From NCBI GenBank assembly GCA_051362555.1, contig CM120643.1, positions 806,001 through 870,000 on the forward strand: a stretch of 64,000 nucleotides of DNA, written 5' to 3'. Every line of letters begins with the position of its first letter. Position 1 is the first letter of the stretch. Position numbers and translations under genes: made by a program. This document shows positions 52,109 to 64,000 of this stretch, in pieces. The notes below the pieces were generated by a model. The model had not been told where the DNA came from. It made no database searches and saw nothing but the letters and a program-made list of their open reading frames with translations. The DNA is from Lingula anatina. Taxonomy: Eukaryota > Animalia > Brachiopoda.

Positions 52109-54614
52109 TTAGTGACATACATGCGTGGAACAGTCAGGAAGTGCACATCACCAAAAATAAAGCTATCAAGATAATGGTCATTGTTAACAACAATTATAGT
52201 CCATTACATCTCTTAATACCCTGTCTCGTCTTCCTGAACAGATCACTTCTTTCTAATCTGAGATTTCTGGGGGCAATTTTGCATTGCGGGCAAATGATCT
52301 TGTAATGGCTTTAAACACATTGCACAAAACTTGAGATATTACATTGCACAAAAGTTGAGATATTATCAGTTATGTAATACTGATTATAGAGCATCTTGAA
52401 ATCCATACCCAATCTTGGATGTTAATGGAAATGAAAATGAAGTTGATGAAAGTAATTCTGTCCGCTGATCAGTGTCCAGTGCTGTGAACTTCCACAAAAC
52501 ATATCTGAAGGCTGGCATGTCTGGCCAGATGACCTTAGGGGAAATCTAATATGAACATAAAATACAGAGCTCTAAAACTGGTGTAAAACTTAATTGAACA
52601 ACATAAAATTTATTGAATTATTCATTTTTGTCATCAATTCTTTTCTATATTCTGATGCACTTACAGTTATCCCCCCCTCTACCCCTCCAATTCCAATTTG
52701 CTTTTTTCATGTGGGTTTAATGAGCGCGTCATGCAGATTGTATGCGATGATTGATGCATGTCAGTTGCCATTCTTATCAGATCATATCAGAATGATTGCG
52801 ACAAAGTTATTTGCGGTCAATTTTCCAGGATGAATTTAGACCTACAGTAATTGATGTGTGGTTTTTTCTAGCATGAATATTGATGTTTTTTTTCCTTTCT
52901 TCTTTTTATTCAAGTACTGACATGATTTTGGGTTGAAAGGAAAAAAGGGAAAAAGATGCTCAGGGGTGTTATGACTGGGAGTTTGGGGGCGGCTTAAAAG
53001 TTAGAAAGCCACCATGAAAAATTAGATTTGCAATTTAAATTGAACACAAAAATCTTGCGTATAAAGGTTACACTCGGTAAAGAATACACAGTTTCCATCT
53101 GTAACAACAAATAATCTTACAACATTGTACAAACACTGCTGGTCTAACTCCCCTTGGTTTTTGTTTTATAGCTGGTAACATTGGTTCATTTGCAAGTTAA
53201 ATACGGTATCTGTGTTTATAACAATCTGCGTGGTAGCTAAAACAATCTGCGTAGGAGTTAGAACACAGCATGAGAGAAGACAGTGTTTATTTAAACACAG
53301 AACTTAGAATTATTTCAGACATGATAAATCCTTCGGGTCCAGTTGCACAAAAAAGTTAATCCTTATAGATAAAAGTAATGCTTTAATTCAGTTCTTGCAG
53401 ACAGAACCTTTCTGCTCTGGTCCAGTATAAACAGCCATACATGTATAAATAATTCATTGTTATACAGTAACTTGTTGAAATAAAGTACTGTAATGACTCA
53501 GATCTTTTCAATGAGAAAATTTAAATTTTACATATCCTGTATTTATTCTAAGTCATAAATTCTGAAAATAAGAATATTCCTTTTGAGTGATTGTAACAAA
53601 ACTGAAATGCAGGGTACCTATAGTTTTTTGCATACAATGCTGACACAGAATATAATTTTGAATGATTCTGAAGGATTGATCATTTTTCCCTTTGAAAAGA
53701 TTAATTTATTTTTGGTGTAACATGTTAGCCAAAGTTTCTTTCTATAAAAGGGGGGGGGGGTACCAATTGATTTGTCTTCTGTTAAAAATGTTAATGTTTT
53801 TGCCTTAAACTGAAAACCAACTGATATGATCATAATTTTTGATAAAACCTGTTCCTTACTACAATACTGAATCTTGATTTATAAATGTTGAACTTGAAAG
53901 GAAGTGAATGGCCGTTCATCTACATATAGACACTGATGTGTCATTGATCACATTATTTTAGGAGTAAGTTTGGTGTATTAGGTGGGCAATTGCAAACATA
54001 CTATATTGTTCAGTCACAATAAACTTCTGAAAAATAAAAGCAAAACATCCCCAATCAAGTTAAAGTCTTTTAAATTATTTTCATCTAAGAAATTGTTATT
54101 TTCAATGCGCAGTGCATGTGACTACCTGCATGTTATTAACTTAATACCTTTCCAAAAGAAAACAATTAAGTCCAAGTCTAATGTGACATTTACTTGGTTC
54201 TAATGTGAGCAGACGACACTAATTAAGATGGATAAACCTTGTGTTTGAAGAAAAAAATCAATTTCAGTTCCTAGCTGACCATACGCATCACTGTGCAGAG
54301 AGCGCTTTTTTTTCTAAATTAATTGGTCCAACTTGAATTCACCGGCAGCAAGTTTCGTGAGAGCTAGGATATTTGGGAGATTAATTTTGATAACTATTGT
54401 TGAGGAACAAGATCAGCATCATCTGTATCAGCAATTATACCCAGATATAGTAGAGACTGCGGCAAGACAAGTGACTAGGTTTTTAACTAGTAAAAAATTT
54501 AGATGTTGGAATTTACTAGGGACTAAGTCCAATCATAAAAGTGAACATTTTAGCATTATTTGTTCTAAGTTTTTTTCTATTACCTAGAGACTTCAGACTA
54601 TTTCAATTCATTCT

Positions 54615-55060
54615 CACGCCCGTAGCAAGGAATAATTTCAAAGGGAGTGGTTTTTCTTTTTCTGAAAAAGTGGACTTTTTGCCATGAAACCTTTGCTTAA
54701 TTACTGCAGTGTAATGGTTTAATCCTTTTAAACCAGGGAAATTGTGAATTTTAATAAGTTCTTCAAGTAATAAATTCTTAAAATTAGAACATTCCTTTTG
54801 AGGAAAAGCATCACAACTGAAAAGCAGACTACCTAATAGTTCCATTCTATACGGTAAAAACACCAAATACTACATGGAAATTTATTTTTAATGATTCCAA
54901 CATGCTGCACCTGAAAAATTGATACTAGTAATTTTCCTGGTTGAAAGGATCAAGCCATTACTGTAGATCAAATTTTGCCCAGAGTGGACATTTTCCCAGC
55001 AAAAGGACAGTTCCAACCTCTTGAACCCCCCTCCTCCCCCCCCCCCAGGCTGAGGGCCTG
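54615..55060 (+). mobile_element. CAGGCCCGTAGCCAG-family MITE interrupted by a second element
   Basis: cacgcccgtagcaag ... caggctgagggcctg; flanks attct/aatct; both halves align to 26408-26581 and 33912-34078. Confidence 0.75.
54704..54963. mobile_element. Nested Tc1/mariner-like MITE (about 260 bp)
   Basis: Degenerate ~35-bp TIRs cagtgtaatggtttaatccttttaaaccagggaaatt / aattttcctggttgaaaggatcaagccattactg followed by TA; segment absent from the other host copies. Confidence 0.6.
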
Positions 55061-55412
55061 AATCTAGTAGTTTTTTATAGTCTATTAGTCTCTAAGCGCC
55101 AGGGGGCTGAATGGCATAGCCAATACTAGAGGGACAGACATATTTTTAAATTATCAACTTAAATATATTGAATTGAATTGATTGAATTTGATCAATCAGA
55201 AGCTGTATGGGAGTTTTGCTGTGGGTGCACCAACTTGATTGCATTTCAACCAGATTAGGAATCCCCAGACTTATCATTATGGAATGAGACCAATCACAGA
55301 GCCTAAAAGACAATGGTAGTACCAACTATATCTCCATCTGTCTGATAATTATTCCTGTCAGTTCTTTAGAGGGGCTAATTACAAAGGTTAACTACTGGTT
55401 AATGCTGCATTA

Positions 55413-55638
55413 GGGTGCTTTCCCAGAGATTTAGATCGATCTAGAGATAAAGATTTAGATCGACCTAACTCCCTGGGGGTTCACGCTAAATTGCAGTCAG
55501 CCGAGCGGGCACCATAGTTAATTACCCCCTTCCAGCTTTTAGTAGGCGAGACAGACGCTTAAGCCGACCAAGCTGACAGTAATCTAGTGAGACTCCCCAC
55601 AGGGATAGATCGATCTAAAAATCTATGGAAATGGGGTC
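55413..55638 (-). mobile_element. Harbinger-type MITE H1, subtype 2, TSD TTA
   Basis: tta|gggtgctttccc ... ggaaatggggtc|tta. Confidence 0.92.
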
Positions 55639-55951
55639 TTAGAGTCAGTGTTTTACGAACAATCTGCCTGTCCTATCTACCCATACATGCACACGTACTG
55701 ACCCACACATCCTGGTAGCAGCAGAATAATTAATAAGACATTAAGATAAGGGTGGATTACTGCTGGGTTGTTTTTAATATGGATGTTGACAATGTTTTCA
55801 CTCAACTGTGATATTCTTCACGATACTTGCTCAGTGAAATGTGAAATTTATGGGACTTAAAGTTAAGGCATAATTGCGTACTAAATACCATGGTACTGCC
55901 TCAAGTTTATCATGTATTCATAAGTCTGGAAATATATAATATGTCAGCAGG

Positions 55952-56078
55952 CACACACATACACACACAAACAGATACACACACACACATGCACACACAC
56001 ACTCACACTCACACTCACACACATGCACACGTACACACATACATACTCATACACACACACACACACACACACACACAT
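55952..56078. repeat. Imperfect (CA)n microsatellite
   Basis: Directly visible; source of the His/Thr-repeat ORFs. Confidence 0.95.
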
Positions 56079-56412
56079 ACTGGAATATTGTTGTTTACAT
56101 TTTTATTGCTTTCTTAAACTAACCTACAACAATATGTCCATTCTACTATGGGCTTTAAGTTGTTTTTTTACAAGTGACAGACCACAGTTCACAATATTAA
56201 CATTTTCATTGATTTTGCCAGCAGCATATGTCCGATATTAAGTTGATGTTCTAGAATCTTTATTGTCCTTTCTTCATGACTGTAGACAGGAAATGTAAAT
56301 CTGTTTATTCTGCAAAGCCAAGATGGGACAGAGCCTCCCCCCACCCACTGGGGCACTGCAAGCTAATCAAAATGTGCTCAGTTTATGATAAAGTTGTTAT
56401 TGTCAAATATAC

Positions 56413-58102
56413 AACAAGGCAGCAAAGCTGTCAAATGTACAGACAAAAAGCAGGAAATAACTATGCACAAAATAGGCTACTGTCAATTCTGATGCAAAAG
56501 TACATTATGTTAAACTGCAAATTCAACATCAAATTTTAATTATGCTCAACAGGTAATACCAATGTAAGTAAATCGTGTAACAAGCATAAGGCTTCAGGCC
56601 CATGGGAGTTCAAGTTCACACTCTGAAAATGTATAACTTCCAGAAAAAGAAGCCAATTAGACTACTTTTCCAACCCAGGCTGCATTTTAGTCCTGCATTT
56701 CTTTTTTGAACATTTGGCAATCATAAGTAACATGGTTTTCCCATAATGGTCATCATGGCAGCAGCACCCATAATTGTTTTCTTCTATTCTGATGCAATAT
56801 TACATATTGGTTAACAGCATAATGACCGTCAATTTTTAATAATAAAATATATGTATCATGGATTTTCAGAAAATGTGACTAGCATGGGTCTTCAAGCATG
56901 TAGAACTTCAAAGTCACACCTTGAAAATGCCAATATGTGAAATATGCTGAAAAGTGAAAAAAGGCATGACTACTACAATAATGGCCCGATCATGCTGATT
57001 TTCGAACTTGACCTGCGTTTTATGAATATTCATCAGCTGTGTAAATATAAAGCCCAAAAGTAAAACTGCCTTCCACTTATCGTGTTTACAATGAAAGTGC
57101 AAGGCGCCGGTGACGGCGGTGACGGCGCTGACGGCGAAGACAGACGCAGGTGATGGCAATATGTACCACCACATTTTTGACACATCTGTACATATTTACT
57201 GTACTGTTTGAGAACAGTAAGTGACATGGTTTTTCTTAAATGGTCATCATGGGAGCAGTGCCCAAAATAGGTTTTTTTCAAATTTTGATGCAATATTACA
57301 TAATGTTTAACAGCATAATGACCATCAATTTTTAATAATAAAATATTAGTATCATGGATATTCAGAAAATGTGACTAGCAAAGGTCTTCAGGCCCATGGA
57401 ACTTCAAAGTCACAACTTGAAAATGCCAAAATGTAAACAAGACAGCACTGTTCTGAAATGTTTTTTTTTTTCCATTTTTAACAATTTTTAACATAAAACA
57501 AAATTAACAGTTTACTGCCATTTTTATATGATCAACTAAGAAAATTGATGAGATGGGAAAAATATCAATAAAGCAGTGTTAAATGTCCAATTTCTTCCAT
57601 TCTGAGATTCTGAACATAGTGAATGATTGAATCTGACAAACTGCAATGATATGAGTTTATTTCCATTTTTGAAACTTTATTACACAATACACGATAACAA
57701 GTTTACCATCATTTTTACAAAATCAACTAACAATGCTGTAAAGATGCAGGAAATGTCAAACAAAAACTTTTACGTATCTTATAAGTTTAATAGTGAGACT
57801 GTTAACATGCCTAAGAATTGAATCTGAGGAAATGTAAAAAATATGCTGAAAAGTGAAAAAACAGCATAAATTCTACAATAATGGCCCGATCATGCTGATT
57901 TTCGAACTTGACCTGCGTTTTATGAATATTCACCAGCTCTTTAAATATAAAGCCAAAAAGTAAAACTGCCCTCCACTTATCGTGTTTACAAGGAAAGTGC
58001 ACGGCATCGGCATCGGCATCACCATCGGCATCACCATCGGCATCGGCGACGACAGACGCAGGTGATGGCAATATGTACAGACACATCTGTGTCTGTACAT
58101 AA
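56413..58102 (-). mobile_element. Second, shorter copy of the composite HINE-like element
   Basis: Same termini (aacaaggcagcaaagctgtcaaatgtacagaca ... tatgtacagacacatctgtgtctgtacata), same internal junction (~57150-57215), fewer ~160-bp units and an internal deletion relative to 35286-38267. Confidence 0.85.
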
Positions 58103-58304
58103 AAAAGTCATTCATAATTTTTGTCACATTTTCTGAAAATTTCAAAAGAATTGCAACAGTGATATGAAAGATTTCCATTCCCAGACGTAATTCACCAAGG
58201 AAACAGAGGGCTCCACATCCTGATACTTGTCCAGACAATTGTGTCATCCCGAGTCCTGTCAATCTCAAATGACGTGGTCACCTTAGAGTCCTGCGCTTCA
58301 CAAC

Positions 58305-58465
58305 CAGGGGGACAGATCCAGAGATATTTTCTGACAGTCTTCCAAATTATCTTTGTTGATCCATCCTCCATCTTCTGACAGAAAAAAATTAGATACCGGA
58401 CAATGTTAACTTGAAAATCTGACCGTCTTCCAGAAGACCCAGAAGACAGCTTAAATCTGCCTCTG
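58305..58465 (+). mobile_element. CAGGGG-family MITE, 5-bp TSD ACAAC
   Basis: Homologous to 33157-33327; ACAAC at 58300-58304 and 58466-58470. Confidence 0.9.
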
Positions 58466-58630
58466 ACAACACTGGTCAATAGAGAAGACAGGCGGCCTTT
58501 ATCTGAATGTCCGTCACAACGTTAACACTGGTCAACAGAAAAGACAGGTGCCCTTTGTCTGAATGTCTAGCTGCCACAACACTGATCAATAGAGAAGACA
58601 GGTGGCCTTATTATTTTATCTGAATGTTAT
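58466..58630. repeat. Diverged tandem repeat, about 55-bp unit x3
   Basis: aacactggtcaa.aga.aagacagg..gccttt.tctgaatgt recurs at ~58468, ~58524 and ~58578. Confidence 0.9.
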
Positions 58631-61169
58631 ATGAAGAGACTCTGAATCATTCAATTTTCTTTTAGATTAATTTGGCAAATTTACAAAGCAATCTTAGGTC
58701 ACTGATAAGACTGCAAAATATTTGAAAGTGTCTGTCAGTTCTTTAAGCTAAGAGTTATTAAAAATTTTGGCAAATGTCCGTGCAATTCAATGGGACTAAA
58801 TACCAGATTATGATGTGAAAAATGTTCAAATGACAACCATTCCTTGCATCTTCAACCAACTATAAGTCTATAAAGTTCCAAACCCAAAACCCCAAAATAT
58901 CTAATGACTATAATATGATCTTAATTTTTGTATTGACTTCAAACATGCACGCTTTCATTGCACCTGACATTTTGAGCAGAGGTTTTCATTTACATGCCCA
59001 AAACAGAATCTCTGTGCACTAAAATTAGGAAGATTTAAGACAAAAAAATACTTAAACCACCAACCAATTACAAACAACATGTCCCTGGGTCACTTTCTGA
59101 GATATCAGTTCAACCAAGCTTTTTGAAGACAGGTCATTTTTTAATGAAACAAATTTTCCAAGAACCACCCATCAGTCATGTCCAGCAATCCAATACTTTG
59201 AACTAATCAAAATGCCTGAAGACAGTGACCTGATATAGTTTCAAATGAAGCGTAAACCAGCAATCAAATGGCCAGAGGAATAGACATTACAGTACATGGG
59301 GATAGATTGACACAAGATTTGCTATAGGTTCCGGTATACTTCAAAATCTGAGGAAAATACCAGTGGAAACGATATAATAACAAAAAAATATAATAATAAT
59401 AACAATAATTATAATAATTATCATCATAAATAAATAAATAAAAAATACAAATAAAATTTAATCTAATAAGACAGTCATCTAAAAAAATGTCTCAAAAAGA
59501 GCTAAGGAGATTAATTCATGCAGCCTATATTTTTGTCACTCTTGATTGAAATAGGAATCAGTTCCTATATGAATTAATGTGTGACAGCCCATCTTAGAAC
59601 CATTGCTCTCCTATGTATTCATGGTTAGGATTTTCAACCATATCCCACAAACCTAATTACTAGACAGAGTAATTCATTAAAACCAGGCCAGAGGGATAAC
59701 AGAGGGATTAGATCGGCTTTCTGTGGTGAGACATGATTACATGGTCTGCTGGGATACAGGCAGCCTGGTTTAAGTTAAACTGCAACAAAGTGACTAGAAA
59801 TACGGCCTCTTGGATCAAAAGTACACGGGACAGATTTCAAAAAGGCTTCTGAGTACAAAGCTGATAAAACTGCTGCTGACAGAACCTGTCAGAACTTGGT
59901 TATAAATGTTAATGCTCTCATCTAATCAAAATATCTCCCAGACAAGGAAGACAAGGAGCTTCTGAAGTTGAAATTACAAATGACATGACAATCACAATGA
60001 ACAGTGCAGTTGAAGAAGGTGGTTGAACTGTAACAAGAGAGCATTTGGTGCATTCTTTCTTCTCCTCCCCTTCCCACATCTGACATAGTACCAATAATAA
60101 TAATAATAAATAATAATAATAATTATTATTATAATAATAAGTCTCTGGAAACTAATTGCTGTCATTCAGTCAATGTCCCAGCCGGTATTTTACCTGCTGG
60201 TACTAATATAATACTAGTTCTTCTGCCTCTATAATGATTCTGTTTGTTCAACATTTTCTTGTTACATGAGTAGAAGTGGCTCCCAGCCTACGATTTCCCT
60301 ACATGAATGTTACCAAGATTTCTTACACCATGCCTGGTGTCAAAAAACAAAAGAATGGATCTGTGGTGTCTCTTCTCTGCACGCACATCACGTAAGCACT
60401 GGCGTCACACCACACCTGAGTCCTTTGTTACCAGTATCCACCATTGTTTAATATTCATTTATCTATTAGAGCGTCACATGTACCAGGTAACAGCAGAATA
60501 TCTAACCCATTGCGTTTACAATTTTTTTTTAATGCGTATAATCGTTCTTGGCTCAGTGAAGCTCATATTGCGGTCGTAAAAATTTGCTAGTTTTTTTCAT
60601 TTCCTACCATATATGTAAAAAATATATATATATTTCTACTGTAACAATAATTTGAAGACAAACTTCTTGTAAAATCCACATCTTTTTATTTTCTTTCCAA
60701 AACCAGTGCGATAAAAAAAGGATTTTTAGTCACTTCCCTTTTATATCACTTTTACAGAATTAACAAATTCTTTCATTAACCAGCTTATTTTTGTATTGTA
60801 TAAAATGGTAAAATGTCTTGACTTGTAAGTGATTTTCATTTTTGCTTTTTAAGTCTTAGTCAGATGGACCAGTAGTAAGCTTCACAATTGTATATATAAC
60901 ACCCTGTTCACTGCTTCCTCGTCTTCCCCAGCAGCTATCACTTTATATCATCTTAAAGAGCTCCAAATCTGCAGATTTATAGTGTTACTAGCCATAAGAA
61001 CCTCTGAGGACTTCACAGCTTACTACCCACACCTCTGTCACTGACATACACAGCACAGATATCATAGACACAAGAAATAATTAAATTCTGACACTGCGCT
61101 CATTTAGGTGGAAGACGGAAGAGGCGTCTGGAAAATAATGAGAGGTTGTTGACCACAGAATATGTATTT

Positions 61170-61206
61170 GAGAGAGATAGAGAGGAGGGGAAAAGCGAGA
61201 GAGAGA

Positions 61207-61240
<34 letters not shown>

Positions 61241-61275
61241 AGGGGAAAAGAGAGAGAGAGAGAGAGAGAGAGAGA
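61170..61275. repeat. Polypurine (GA)n compound microsatellite
   Basis: Directly visible. Confidence 0.95.
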
Positions 61276-61474
61276 TACCTAAAACCTATTAGCTCCCAAC
61301 AGACACATTAAGAATAATATTGTGAAGCATAACAGGAAAAACATTAATCAAAGAAATTGCATTTGCACATTAACCTTTAAATTCCCTTTGATTTTTTTTA
61401 ACGTTAAGAATCACATAACACATAGGCATCCCCTGGACATTGCCTTGTCATGAACTTTTTCCAACCCATTTGAA

Positions 61475-61902
61475 AACTAGAAAAGCACTTTGCGAAGACA
61501 AATAATTAACTAATAATAAACCATTATTTTATTTATCAATCATCTCTAAATCTTAAGATTTCTTCCTTTGCTCATTTGTGACCTATCCAAAAAAATTTAT
61601 CAAAATCTGCAAATGATTCCTCAATCAATAAATTAATTTAATTAATTAGTAAATTAATCAGCATCAAATTCTAATCATTTCTTCCATAGTGACCTTTCCT
61701 GAAAATTTTATCAAAATCTGGGCATAATAAATCAATTGATTAATTAACCCTAATGCATTATCACCAAAATCTAATCATTTCTTCCCTAACCCATTTGTGA
61801 TCTATGCTGAAAATCTCATCAGTTTTTGCGTAATACTGTGCAAAGACAAACCAACCCACAAACTAACATGAAGGAAAACATAACCACCTTGTCAGTGGTG
61901 AA
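61475..61902. mobile_element. Old HINE/DINE-like element of a second family
   Basis: aactagaaaagcact start; three diverged ~100-120-bp units (aatctaatcatttcttcc...gtgacct...aaaatttatcaaaatctg); ACAA/CCAA tract; gaaaacataaccacc..gtggt terminal hairpin. Confidence 0.6.
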
Positions 61903-62004
61903 AATCTATTTAGTCCGAATATCCTGCAGTTGATGTCTGGCTACCTGTGTCTCTTTAATACCACCAACACAGTTACTTCATTATCATCACTACAACCATA
62001 TCAT

Positions 62005-62270
62005 CACAACCAACAACAACATAACCATAACAACCACAACCAACAACAACATAACCATATCAACCAAAACCAACAACAACATAACCGTATCAACCACAAC
62101 CAACAAGTACCACCACAACCAACTAACAACAACATAACCATATCAACCACAACCAACAACAACATAACCATATCAACCAAAACCAACAACAACATAACCG
62201 TATCAACCACAACCAACAAGTACCACCACAACCAACTAACAACAACATAACCATATCAACCACAACCACC
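62005..62270. repeat. CAA-rich minisatellite, 30-bp unit in a 113-bp higher-order repeat
   Basis: caacaacaacataacc(a/g)tatcaacca(c/a)aac x3 plus a 23-bp linker, repeated; degenerate continuation to ~62480. Confidence 0.92.
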
Positions 62271-63682
62271 ATTACCAACATCATCCATCATCCACCCATC
62301 ATGATAAAAGGGATGACAGCTGTTCATTCTGGCCAAAAATGGATTTTCATAGGGTTAACAATAATAATTATCATTACCACAATCATAACCAACAACAACA
62401 ACAACCAACACAACCATCCCAATCAAGAACAACTCAACCATATCAACCACAACAACCAACAATACCAACACTACAATCATAATCACTCATTATCCATCTA
62501 GATTAAATATAATCAGTAGTAATCAACTTAATTGTTTAATCATACATGACCCATTCTACAAGAAAACTACAAAATCCAATTATAAGCAGTATAAGCCATC
62601 CTATGTCATCCAAACCAAAGGTGCTAAGAGAAGTGACCATCCATCAACCACTGTTGACAATGTAATGGGAACACCGTGACAATTGAGAACAAAACTGGTC
62701 TTTTTCTAACCCTCGTTATGCATAAAGAGGCTAGTTTATATTACATGTAAATGGCAGCAGGGAAATGGACCCCAGGGTAGAGCCCTGTCATTAACCTTTG
62801 GGCACTGCAAAACTAAGTGAAAGCAGATAATGATTATGTCCTGATTATCATTAATCATCAGAGAATTAAGAATCAATGGTAAAATTGCCTAACCCACACT
62901 GCTGAGCTATTGACTGGCTGGGTTAAGCCTCTGCAGTCATTTCAAGGAATATCTATTGTTAACACGGAATTAATAATAAATCAAACATAAGGAAATGTGT
63001 GTGTGCGTGCATGTGTAAGTATGTGTGTGTGCATGTGTGTATGTGTGTGATTCAAGTAAATAAGTGATAAACATCAACATTTAAACATGAACAATATCTT
63101 TTAATGATTGAATTCAAAGTGGTTCCTGTTTTTTTTATCTAAACCAAAATCACATTCGACCATTATAAATCTTTGTACTAGTAAGTTAGCAAACATCTAG
63201 ACAATTAATCTCCAGAAGTCTGAAAACCATCTTAAACAGTACCGGGTACTTAACTAATTTAGTACCATGTGAATAAAACAGACATGAACCTAGGTTTAAA
63301 AAAAAAACTCTGAACATTTATCATGGGACCCAACACCTAACTGGCTGGGGGTCTGGGGGCCACCTTAGCGTGAATTAAAAAACCCAGAGTTCCCCGTTTC
63401 TGCAGAAAAAGCTCATGTCTGATACAGAAATCAAAGTCATACATTCGGCACAGTGTAGTATGTAGATGGAAGTCACATGTAGTGTTGATCTTATCTTCAG
63501 GACAAATTTTTTTTTTAATCACCTCATGGACACAATCCTGACTGCACTTGTTAATGTTGGACAATATTCTCAGGGCTCATTCCCAATTTTACTGTTGCAG
63601 ATTGATCCAACTCCAGGGAGACTCTCCCTAAATATGCAATTAATATATGTATATGTAGATTTATATACATACGCCTTCCCTT

Positions 63683-64000
63683 GACGATCAGTAAAATACA
63701 GAAAAGCTGGTGATAATACAAGTATGTTGGAAACAATAGACGATCAGTAAAATACAGAAAAGCTGGTGATAATACAAGTATGTTGGAAACAATAGACGAT
63801 CAGTAAAATACAGAAAAGCTGGTGATAATACATGTATGTTGGAAACAATAGGCGATCAGTAAAATACAGAAAAGCTGGTGATAATACAAGTATGTTGGAA
63901 ACAATAGGTGATCAGTAAAATACAGAAAAGCTGGTGATAATACAAGTATGTTGGAAACAATAGGTGATCAGTAAAATACAGAAAAGCTGGTGATAATACA
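63683..64000. repeat. Tandem repeat, 56-bp unit, at least 5.7 near-identical copies, runs off the window end
   Basis: gacgatcagtaaaatacagaaaagctggtgataatacaagtatgttggaaacaata starting at 63683, 63739, 63795, 63851, 63907 and 63963. Confidence 0.97.

Noticed and set aside
36411-58268. Apparent paralogous small proteins (MCLYILPSPASVV..., ...KTQVKFENQHDRA...)
   Set aside because: Translations of HINE termini and satellite units, with frames breaking differently between copies.
60266-60391. Possible plus-strand exon ending CAC|gtaagc
   Set aside because: No promoter signature, convincing acceptor or recognisable peptide.
61930-62501. Asn/Gln/His/Thr-rich ORFs
   Set aside because: Products of the CAA-rich minisatellite.
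63683-64000. CRISPR-like regular array
   Set aside because: Units are contiguous with no unique spacers, there are no cas genes and the context is eukaryotic.
1-64000. tRNA, rRNA, snRNA, tRNA-derived SINE, transposase or viral genes
   Set aside because: No diagnostic motifs or sufficiently long ORFs seen by eye; a covariance-model search could still find small RNAs.

Overview
This is AT-rich, CpG-poor eukaryotic DNA, most likely from a marine invertebrate animal, not prokaryotic or viral. I see no operons, CRISPR array, rRNA or tRNA, and essentially all ORFs in the track look spurious. The best gene signal is a CpG-rich promoter (ETS motif, paired TGCGCA) at ~50.93-51.06 kb driving a minus-strand first coding exon (50906-50810, MAEKVESRPKVKKNTHGHKKSSDGKSKESGDS). 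Positions 1-50809 then look like a very long intron with only weak or non-coding exon candidates; I could not identify the protein. The firmly supported content is non-autonomous DNA transposons: PIF/Harbinger-type MITEs with 3-bp TSDs, two CAGG-ended MITE families with 5-bp TSDs, a young 614-bp element with perfect 77-bp TIRs and an 8-bp TSD beside the promoter, a foldback element with palindromic subterminal arrays, composite Helentron-associated (HINE/DINE-1-like) elements carrying ~160-bp satellite units, and nested insertions. There are also several mini- and microsatellites. I cannot demonstrate a new biological system from sequence alone. The best leads are the unclassified TIR elements, the composite rolling-circle element, a possible short-peptide/uORF transcript architecture and a recurrent T-box/Sox-like motif.
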